Origin: an uncultured Candidatus Saccharibacteria bacterium | GTDB lineage: Bacteria > Patescibacteriota > WWE3 > 2-01-FULL-39-13 | Direction of reading: 5' to 3' | Length of the DNA stretch: 64,000 nt | Assembly (NCBI GenBank): GCA_964370865.1 | Contig: CAYJKF010000002.1 | Coordinates: 84,719 to 148,718 of the forward strand | Shown here: piece after piece, positions 57,701 to 64,000 of the stretch | Layout: every line of letters starts with the position of its first letter | Position numbering within the stretch: position 1 is the stretch's first letter | Made by a program: the position numbers and the translations under genes | Notes under the pieces: generated by a model | Seen by the model: the letters and a program-made list of their open reading frames with translations, nothing else | Database searches by the model: none | What the model was told of the DNA's origin: nothing

Positions 57701-58341
57701 AATGGGAGAAGGAATTATTAGGAATTTATTTCACGTCAAATCCTTTGATTGAAATAATTAATAAATATCCAGATAAAAACTTTAAGACAATTTCAGCAAA
57801 TGATTTAAAAGAAGGTGCGGATATTTCTGGTATAGCAATAATTCACAGAATAAAAAATATTACTACTAGAAAAGGCGATCCGATGGCGTTCTTAACATTG
57901 GAAGACACATCGGGTACTTATGATGGCGTTGTATTTCCCAAAGATTATAAAGTCTTTAAAGATTATTTAATAGATGGTTCAGTAATATTTATAAACGGAA
58001 AAGTAAATTTGAGAGATGATCAGGTAAGTATCATTATAAATAAAGTCAAAAATTTAACTTTGGCTATAGAAAATGATGAAGAGATGTCTGATTTGATGTC
58101 TTCTATTGCAACTAAAAAAGAAGAACTATGTACAGTATATGTTCATGAGTCTGCAACATTAGAAGATTTATCTCAATTGAGAGATATTTTTTCAGAGAAT
58201 CTTGGAGAAATAATGGTTATTATTGTTATTCATGATGACGATGAGATTAAGCGTTTTAAGGTTAGAAATAAGGTTGATATTAAAATACTTCAGGAAATTG
58301 TGGCGAAGATGTCTATGGTAGAGAAGGTTGTATTTAAGTAG
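54799..58341 (+). CDS. dnaE: DNA polymerase III alpha subunit
   Basis: N-terminal PHP domain FVHLHVHSEYSMLDGI. Polymerase core of 1180 aa. C-terminal OB-fold region. Confidence 0.9.
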   Translation: MEVDPIINPVSGKFVHLHVHSEYSMLDGINRIPEVVKKIKDDGMSSLALTDHGVLYGVYDFYKACKSAEVKPIIGCEIYLSPGKKEIKEEIDGIKYYHLLLLAKNEIGYHNLIKIISRSHLEGFYYRPRADKELLEEFSEGIICSSACAVGPLSRHILRNEDPKAIDWLNFLKKNYKDDFYLELQRPGFAGTDNPKEINFSGFSEEHVNLLKEQTKINTKLREWSDKYQIPLIGTTDAHYLNADDEFTQEVAFAIKDGKRLSDPTRRLAYTHTYIKTQNEMAEVYKDLPEVLENTVKLAEKVETYPIGYDRLQPKFSGLPDGKTARSYLKELSMDGANLKYKNLTEDLIARIDMELDVIHDKGYDDYFLVVADIMRWSKEQDILVGVRGSVAGSVVAYALNITTIDPIKWELYFERFLNPQRPSPPDIDMDIQDSRRDEVLKYVQDKFGEDCVAAISAFGRLRTRAAIRDVSRVMEIDLKVADELSKMVHVKFGRVKAIKGMLADDKQFASRVNENPNLSKMAEVVSKIEGLCRHVSTHACGYLITPTPIQDLTPLQYETGSSEKVITQLESKPLEELGFMKFDFLGLKNLTIIDKAIKLVKELHNVDVDIYTIPEDDKKTFKLFQAANTTSVFQFESEGMKKYLKDLKPEDLEDICFMVAAYRPGPMKLIPEYIACKHGEKDPEYLIPELEPILSNTYGFAIYQEQVIRIAVEIAGYTMGEADLLRRAMGKKIPELMKAEEARFVDGCVKGGFSKDIGKKLFEYMMPFADYGFNKAHAAGYAMLAYWTAYLKAHYPLEFMCARLTADMGAGDKLTIALEEARHLNLELLPPDINLSYADFTAEGKNGIRFGFNGIKNLGSNVVDEIISARGLSGDFSNLDELIDRVPSINSRGLESLIKVNGLSSFGPIEGLLSIYPQLLANKSKYNKRDVNQIGFFDAKNADSGPKVISATPIPNLNNITDNQKLQWEKELLGIYFTSNPLIEIINKYPDKNFKTISANDLKEGADISGIAIIHRIKNITTRKGDPMAFLTLEDTSGTYDGVVFPKDYKVFKDYLIDGSVIFINGKVNLRDDQVSIIINKVKNLTLAIENDEEMSDLMSSIATKKEELCTVYVHESATLEDLSQLRDIFSENLGEIMVIIVIHDDDEIKRFKVRNKVDIKILQEIVAKMSMVEKVVFK

Positions 58342-58375
58342 AATAAAAAGCCGCAGATACTAGCAAACTAGCCCC

Positions 58376-60532
58376 TTGAGTGATAAAATATCTCTGTTAT
58401 ATTGTTATTTACTTATGGTTATTTGTTCAAATTGTAGAAAAAGAGAAGCACAACACCAAACTGCCGTTAATGTTGACGGAAGATTGGTTTACATGTCACT
58501 TTGTGAAGAGTGCCTTTTGAAGTTGCAAAAAAAGTCACAAGAAACTACTTCATTGGATCAGTTTAGCCGTGACCTAACAGAACTTGCAAAAGATGGAAAG
58601 CTAGATCCGGTTATTGGGCGTGATTCGCAGATAGATAGATTGGTTCATATACTTTGCAGACGTACAAAGAATAATCCTGTGTTGATTGGTGAACCTGGAG
58701 TTGGTAAGACAGCAATAGTTGAAGGTTTGGCCCAGAAAATTGTAGACAATATGGTTCCCGAGCCAATGCGAAAAAAAAGATTAGTATCGCTAGATCTCGC
58801 TGCTTTAATAGCCGGTACTGTGCATAGAGGAGCTTTTGAAAAAAGACTTAAAGAGGTTATTGATGAAGTTACAAAAACAAAAGGTCAGGTAATTCTATTT
58901 CTAGACGAGGTTCATACAATAGTAGGTGCTGGCAGTGCTCAAGGATCAATGGATGCAGCAAATATTCTTAAGCCATACCTTTCTAGAGGAGAAATGCAGT
59001 TAATTGGTGCTACAACTATTAAGGAATATAAGATAGTTGAGAAAGATGCTGCTCTCGAAAGAAGATTCCAGCAGGTTCAGGTGGACGAACCAAATTCAGA
59101 GCAGACAAAAAAGATATTAAACGGCTTGAAGAAAAGATATGAAGAGCATCATAAAATTATTATTTCTCAAGAGGCTATTGATGCTGCAGTGAAATTATCC
59201 GACAGATACATATCTGATAAATTTCAACCAGATAAGGCTATTGATTTAATCGATGAATCCGGAGCAGCACTAAGATTAGAATTATCCTCTCAAGAACCAA
59301 CAAATCTGAAACAAGTTCTGGAGGAAATAGACTCAATTGAAACAGCCGCATTTGATGAACAGGATTCAAAGAAACAAGAAAAAATACAATCAAAACTTGA
59401 TGAATTAAATCGAGTCAAAAAAGAACTTACGGATCTTTGGGTTCAGACAAAGCTCGATAACACACCAATCTTAAAAGAAGAGCATGTCGCAAAAGTTATA
59501 TCTAAAATGACAGGTATTTCCTTATCGGAATTAACCCAAGACGAAAGAGATAAACTTAAACATTTAAAGGAATCGTTAGGTGCCAAGGTAGTTGGACAGT
59601 CTGATGCTGTAGAGGTCATGAGCCAATCAATTCTAAGGGCTAGAGCAGGTGTAAAACCAGTAAATAGACCAGTTGGAGTATTTATGTTCTTAGGTCCAAC
59701 AGGGGTCGGTAAAACGCAATTAGCAAAAAGCTTATCAGAAGTTTTATATGGAAATGAAGAACACTTAATACGAGTAGATATGAGTGAGTTTGGAGAGAAG
59801 CATAATGTTGCAAGGCTTATTGGATCTCCTCCAGGATATATCGGTTACGAAGAGGGAGGTACTTTAACTGAAAAAGTTAGACGAAAACCGTTTAGTATTA
59901 TTCTGTTTGACGAGATTGAGAAGGCTCACTCAGATGTTTTTAATGTGTTACTTCAAGTCATGGATGACGGAAGGCTAACAGATGGTCAAGGAAGAACTGT
60001 TGATTTCAGAAATGCAATTATTATAATGACTTCAAATGTTGGTTCGGAATATTTACAAAGAGAGCATATAGGTTTTACCGAAGTAAATTTGGACGATACA
60101 TCTAGAGAGCAAAATGAGAAGGAAGACGCACATCTTCGTATAAAGGAGAGAATTAACGAGTCCCTTAAAAATACTTTTAAACCTGAGTTTCTAAACAGAA
60201 TAGATGACATTATCATATTTCATCCTCTTGGACATGGTGAGATAGCCAAAATTGTGGATATTCAAATTGCAGAACTTAACAAACTTTTGTCAGAATCAGG
60301 AATAAAGGTTAATTTAAGTGAATCAGCCAAAAATCATATGATTAAAGAAGGATATAATTTAGAACTCGGTGCTAGACCACTTAAGAGACTTATACAAAAA
60401 GAGATTGAAAATCCAATTTCATTAATGATTATTGATGGGGAAATTGCAGGAGATACCGAAGTAAAAATTAGTGCAGGAGAAGACAAACTTAAGATTAAAG
60501 TGGCAGACATGCAGAAGGCAAAAGTAACTTAG
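58376..60532 (+). CDS. clpC: ClpC-like double-ring AAA+ unfoldase with an N-terminal C4 zinc ribbon in place of the Clp_N domain
   Basis: D1 Walker A GEPGVGKTAIVEGLA. D2 Walker A GPTGVGKTQLAKSLS. Short middle coiled-coil (ClpC-type). EHIGF tripeptide after IMTSNVG is the ClpP-docking IGF loop. N-terminus CSNCRKRE...(21 aa)...CEEC is a C-x2-C...C-x2-C zinc ribbon like the ClpX ZBD. Confidence 0.75.
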   Translation: MSDKISLLYCYLLMVICSNCRKREAQHQTAVNVDGRLVYMSLCEECLLKLQKKSQETTSLDQFSRDLTELAKDGKLDPVIGRDSQIDRLVHILCRRTKNNPVLIGEPGVGKTAIVEGLAQKIVDNMVPEPMRKKRLVSLDLAALIAGTVHRGAFEKRLKEVIDEVTKTKGQVILFLDEVHTIVGAGSAQGSMDAANILKPYLSRGEMQLIGATTIKEYKIVEKDAALERRFQQVQVDEPNSEQTKKILNGLKKRYEEHHKIIISQEAIDAAVKLSDRYISDKFQPDKAIDLIDESGAALRLELSSQEPTNLKQVLEEIDSIETAAFDEQDSKKQEKIQSKLDELNRVKKELTDLWVQTKLDNTPILKEEHVAKVISKMTGISLSELTQDERDKLKHLKESLGAKVVGQSDAVEVMSQSILRARAGVKPVNRPVGVFMFLGPTGVGKTQLAKSLSEVLYGNEEHLIRVDMSEFGEKHNVARLIGSPPGYIGYEEGGTLTEKVRRKPFSIILFDEIEKAHSDVFNVLLQVMDDGRLTDGQGRTVDFRNAIIIMTSNVGSEYLQREHIGFTEVNLDDTSREQNEKEDAHLRIKERINESLKNTFKPEFLNRIDDIIIFHPLGHGEIAKIVDIQIAELNKLLSESGIKVNLSESAKNHMIKEGYNLELGARPLKRLIQKEIENPISLMIIDGEIAGDTEVKISAGEDKLKIKVADMQKAKVT

Positions 60533-60574
60533 TTGTAGCATATTCCTCTAGAATACGTTAAAATATTCCAGCAT

Positions 60575-60982
60575 ATGGCAGATGAAAAAGCTACAACTCC
60601 AATAGAACAAGAAGGACAAAATATCGATATTCCGGTTGATACAACAACTGATACTGTTGTAACGGATTCTTCAAAATTGGCCAAACCAAACTTTAAAGTT
60701 GGTGATACTGTTATTGTAAATTATAAGATAAAAGAAGGGGAAAAGGCTAGAATTCAACCTTTTCAGGGCATCGTAATTTCCTTAAAAGGCTCCCAAATCT
60801 CAAAGACATTCACGGTTAGAAGAATTGCAGCTGGAAGCATTGGCGTAGAGAGAATTTTCCCTTTATTTTCACCAAATATTGATTCAATAGTAGTTAAAAC
60901 ACCTGGAAAAGTTAAAAAAGCGAAACTTTACTATCTAAGAAAACGAGTTGGCAAAGCAGCTCTCAAAGTAAAAGCAGGATAA
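60575..60982 (+). CDS. rplS: 50S ribosomal protein L19 with a ~35-aa N-terminal extension
   Basis: [61 protein letters not shown] is the L19 core. Confidence 0.85.
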   Translation: MADEKATTPIEQEGQNIDIPVDTTTDTVVTDSSKLAKPNFKVGDTVIVNYKIKEGEKARIQPFQGIVISLKGSQISKTFTVRRIAAGSIGVERIFPLFSPNIDSIVVKTPGKVKKAKLYYLRKRVGKAALKVKAG

Positions 60983-61031
60983 TTCATTTATATTTCAATA
61001 CTTTTTAATAACAATTAATTAATATTATTAT

Positions 61032-61379
61032 GTGAATAATATATTAGTTGGCAATCGGTCGGAAGAATACGTATTACGACATTATAGAAGAGAGGGGTGG
61101 TTATGCTTACTTCATAATTACCAATTTAATAAAAAGGCTGAATTGGATTTTGTTTTCATTAAAAACAAGACAATAAGATTTGTTGAAGTTCGTACCCTAT
61201 CCGCAAAATATCATCCTTACAATTCTGTGACATTACGGAAGAAGAATAAAATTAGATATATGGCAAGTATGTTAATTGCTAATATGCCACAATATGAAAA
61301 TTATCGAAAAGAGATTTTTTTGGAAATTGTGGATTTGAATAAACCTAACCTAATCCAATCAATTAATTTATTAAGCTAG
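61032..61379 (+). CDS. yraN: YraN family (UPF0102) putative endonuclease
   Basis: GNRSEEYVLRHYRREGWLCLLHNYQFNKKAELDFVFIKNKTIRFVEVRT matches the YraN pattern (GE..A..yL...Gy.il.rN.r...GEiDli.......vFVEVKtR). Downstream of rplS, as is commonly conserved. Confidence 0.65.
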   Translation: MNNILVGNRSEEYVLRHYRREGWLCLLHNYQFNKKAELDFVFIKNKTIRFVEVRTLSAKYHPYNSVTLRKKNKIRYMASMLIANMPQYENYRKEIFLEIVDLNKPNLIQSINLLS

Positions 61380-61389
61380 AATTGGTTAG

Positions 61390-62148
61390 TTATTTAACCA
61401 ATATCATTAGTAAAGTTCCAGCTATAAAAATCGCGATTGTAATCCAAGCCTTTGGTTTATTATTCTCTTGTTTCATTTCCGGTAGAAGGTCAGAGGTTGA
61501 AAGATACAAAAAACCACCGGCGGCAAAAGCTGTGATATAGGCTGTAGCTGATGTCGTAATATCGATGTACAAAAAACCAATAATTCCACCAATAATTGAT
61601 AAAAGAGAGACTACAAAATTTGATAAGATTGCTTTTTTAATACTCATTCCAGAGTGCAACATAACTCCAAAATCTCCTATTTCTTGAGGTATTTCATGCA
61701 AAATGACTGCAAAAGTTGTTAACACTCCCAATGAAGGATCCGTGTAAAACGCGGCTGCAATAATTAAACCATCGAGAAAATTATGGAATGCGTCTGCGAC
61801 TAAGTTTATCGTTCCAATTGTATGTTTATCATTTATTTCATGATGATGGTGCCAGTGTAAAGTTCTTTCCAGAATAAAGAAGGCTACAAAGGCTCCAATT
61901 ACAATAAGGTTAGTTGAATAAATTCCAATAGTGCTTGATGACTCAGGTATAAGGTGAAAAAATGCGGTTCCAAGCATAGTTCCTGCCGCCAGCGCAACGA
62001 GAAATATTAAAATATCCTTAAGTAGCTTCTTATTAAATAGCAAAGTGATTGTGCCAACTAGCGAAATTAATCCCATGGCTGAGGTTGCAACTAGTATGTA
62101 TAACAAGATGGGTGATAACTGTTCCATTATGTGGATATTATAAACCAT
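61390..62148 (-). CDS. zupT: ZIP family zinc/metal permease (ZupT-like)
   Basis: Histidine-rich loop HWHHHHEINDKH. ZIP signature HEIPQEIGDFGVMLHSG. Eight TM helices. Confidence 0.8.
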   Translation of the reverse strand: MVYNIHIMEQLSPILLYILVATSAMGLISLVGTITLLFNKKLLKDILIFLVALAAGTMLGTAFFHLIPESSSTIGIYSTNLIVIGAFVAFFILERTLHWHHHHEINDKHTIGTINLVADAFHNFLDGLIIAAAFYTDPSLGVLTTFAVILHEIPQEIGDFGVMLHSGMSIKKAILSNFVVSLLSIIGGIIGFLYIDITTSATAYITAFAAGGFLYLSTSDLLPEMKQENNKPKAWITIAIFIAGTLLMILVK

Positions 62149-62171
62149 TAGAAAAAGTTACAATATAACAG

Positions 62172-63542
62172 ATGGACTTAAACGAGAAATGTGGAGTTGT
62201 TGGAATTTATGGTACCGAAAGTGATGCCAGTCGTTTAGCCTACTATGGTCTCTGGACTCTGCAACACCGGGGACAGGAGAACTCTGGAATAGCCTGTTCA
62301 AACGGTAAAAGAATCCTAGCTCACAAAGGAAAAGGTTTAGTAGCTCATGTTTATACAGAAGCGGATATCAAAAAACTAACTGGTCACATCGCAATTGGAC
62401 ATAATAGGTATTCGACTTTTGGAAAATCAGTTGTTGATCACTCTCAGCCTGTGTTTCATAGCTCACTAGCTTTAGTTCATAATGGAAATTTGCCAAGAGT
62501 AAATAAGATTAAAAGATTTTTAACTACTAAGGGCATATCATCTGAAGGATTAAATGACTCTGAAATGATGCATGCTGCAATTAAGTACTGGTATATAAAA
62601 GGTAAATCAATACAAGATTCAATTAGAAACTGTTATCCACTTTTTACTGGAGCATTTAGTGCGCTAATAATGGATAAAAAAACTTTAGTGGCAGTAAGAG
62701 ATCCGTTTGGAATTCGGCCACTCTCAATTGGAAGGGTAAATGGTACTTTCATATTTTCTTCTGAAACATGTACATTTGATACCTTAGGAGCCAGTTTTGT
62801 TAGGGATGTTATGCCAGGTGAAATGGTGTGGGTTGATAGTACTGGATTACATTCAGAGGTAATTGTTGAGGGGACTACTAATCTAGATGTATTTGAGTTT
62901 ATATATTTCGCAAGACCTGATTCAATGCTGCTTGGTAAGAGCATTTACGAAGTTAGAAAAAATTTAGGTATACAATTAGCTAAGGAATCAAAAATCAAAG
63001 CGGATATTGTAATTGCCGTGCCTGACTCGGGGATTCCATCTGCAATAGGTTATTCAGAGTATTCAGGTATACCGATAGAGTTATCTTTGATAAAGAATCG
63101 ATATATACATAGAACATTTATAAAGCCAGCGCAAAAACAACGACAGTCTGGAGTTAGCATGAAACTTAACTTAATTCCTCATACAGTAAAAGGGAAAAGA
63201 GTAATAATAATTGATGATTCAATAGTTAGAGGAACGACTTCTAAAAAGTTAGCGGAACTAGTACGGTCATGTGGACCCAAATCAATTCACTTTTTAATTA
63301 CTTCTCCTCCAGTTAAGTACCCAGACTTTTATGGTATAGATACACCTAATCAGTCTGAGTTAATTTCTTCAAGACTTAATGAAAAAGAATTAGCACAGTA
63401 CATTGGAGTTGATTCAGTGTCGTTTCTGTCATTTGAAGGAATGGTAGATGCTATCGGTGTTAGAAAAGATCAATTATGTACTTCATGTTTCAATGGAAAG
63501 TATCCAATAGACATAGGTAAAAAAAACATTAAGCATATTTAA
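62172..63542 (+). CDS. purF: Amidophosphoribosyltransferase
   Basis: N-terminal Ntn glutaminase with the catalytic Cys after a short propeptide (MDLNEKCGVVGIYG). C-terminal PRTase motif VIIIDDSIVRGTTSKK. Confidence 0.8.
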   Translation: MDLNEKCGVVGIYGTESDASRLAYYGLWTLQHRGQENSGIACSNGKRILAHKGKGLVAHVYTEADIKKLTGHIAIGHNRYSTFGKSVVDHSQPVFHSSLALVHNGNLPRVNKIKRFLTTKGISSEGLNDSEMMHAAIKYWYIKGKSIQDSIRNCYPLFTGAFSALIMDKKTLVAVRDPFGIRPLSIGRVNGTFIFSSETCTFDTLGASFVRDVMPGEMVWVDSTGLHSEVIVEGTTNLDVFEFIYFARPDSMLLGKSIYEVRKNLGIQLAKESKIKADIVIAVPDSGIPSAIGYSEYSGIPIELSLIKNRYIHRTFIKPAQKQRQSGVSMKLNLIPHTVKGKRVIIIDDSIVRGTTSKKLAELVRSCGPKSIHFLITSPPVKYPDFYGIDTPNQSELISSRLNEKELAQYIGVDSVSFLSFEGMVDAIGVRKDQLCTSCFNGKYPIDIGKKNIKHI

Positions 63543-63546
63543 AATT

Positions 63547-64000
63547 ATGGAAGAAATCCAATTATCAAAAATTGCGAAAGTTGAGAATTTACTAAACAGA
63601 TATTGCTGTGAAGGTGATGAACTTGAAATGATAGACACAACCTTAGCTAGGACCTTTTATTCTAAAATAGACAAAAAATCTATCGCGGATAATTTGTGTT
63701 TTGATATTGCTTATTCCTTGTTAACAAAAAAGACAGACCGCTATTTTATAAATAAGGACAATAAAATCGAAATCGATAATTTATCAGTGAAATGGTCCCC
63801 GAAATTCTATAAAACGTGGAATGGAATTGAAACTTTGAAACTATATCTTTCTGGAAAGAATATTATTGATCCTTTTGCTGGAAGTGGAATATTTTCTTAC
63901 TATCTTCTATCTAGTGGAATAGTAAACAGCTTAACTCTTAATGATATTTCATATCCATTTAATAAATCTATAATGCATAAGGGAAATTATTATGAACCAA
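63547..64000 (+). CDS. Putative class I SAM-dependent methyltransferase, 3'-partial at window end
   Basis: Motif I-like IIDPFAGSGIFSYYL, then LTLNDIS (acidic residue at the end of beta-2). ORF continues past the window. Confidence 0.4.
   Translation, partial: MEEIQLSKIAKVENLLNRYCCEGDELEMIDTTLARTFYSKIDKKSIADNLCFDIAYSLLTKKTDRYFINKDNKIEIDNLSVKWSPKFYKTWNGIETLKLYLSGKNIIDPFAGSGIFSYYLLSSGIVNSLTLNDISYPFNKSIMHKGNYYEP

Noticed and set aside
1-64000. Search for mobile elements, prophage genes or CRISPR arrays
   Set aside because: No transposase, integrase, recombinase, phage structural protein or repeat-spacer array was recognised anywhere in the window. The tRNA-flanked regions carry only envelope or nucleotide-metabolism genes.

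Overview
Low-GC (~33%) bacterial chromosomal window, densely coding and mostly core genes, with the compact gene set and ribosomal-protein extensions typical of Patescibacteria/CPR-like genomes (inference). Standard genetic code: TGA/TAA/TAG terminate the long ORFs. Contents, in order: (i) a cell-surface glycan cluster of GT2, GT4, WbaP-like sugar phosphotransferase, Wzx-like flippase, YvcK and a DUF4012-like protein. (ii) recO, glyQS and a wHTH-Nudix protein. (iii) a reduced, interrupted dcw cluster mraZ-rsmH-ftsL-ftsI-[degenerate MurA-like]-[ECF sigma + unknown, opposite strand]-ftsW-murG-ftsQ-ftsA-ftsZ. It is preceded by three 10-bp-phased TGGTGA direct repeats that look like a MraZ operator. 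(iv) ileS, tRNA-Ala, rplU-rpmA, lepB, tRNA-Val, a second flippase and tRNA-Thr. (v) an orphan histidine kinase/response regulator pair followed by a type IV pilus locus: major pilin with strong terminator, pilB, pilC, three pseudopilins, a 600-aa pilin-like protein with a predicted 7-bladed WDGxxW beta-propeller, and a PilM-like/TM/LytR_C fusion. (vi) a tRNA-Gly/tRNA-Asp-bounded trio of secreted or membrane proteins. (vii) a nucleotide-modification neighbourhood: tandem cytidylyltransferase, HIT protein, dCMP deaminase, a divergent Elp3-like (radical SAM + GNAT) and Trm9-like methyltransferase pair, and a ThyA-family protein with a ~180-aa N-terminal extension. (viii) lemA-htpX, gatCAB, pyrG, dnaE, a ClpC-like unfoldase whose Clp_N domain is replaced by a ClpX-type zinc ribbon, rplS, yraN, zupT, purF, and a partial methyltransferase at the window end. 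No CRISPR array, transposase or integrase was seen. The most notable candidate system is the eukaryote/archaea-type Elp3 + Trm9 (mcm5U34-like) tRNA wobble-modification pair sitting in a pyrimidine/nucleotide-modifying cluster.
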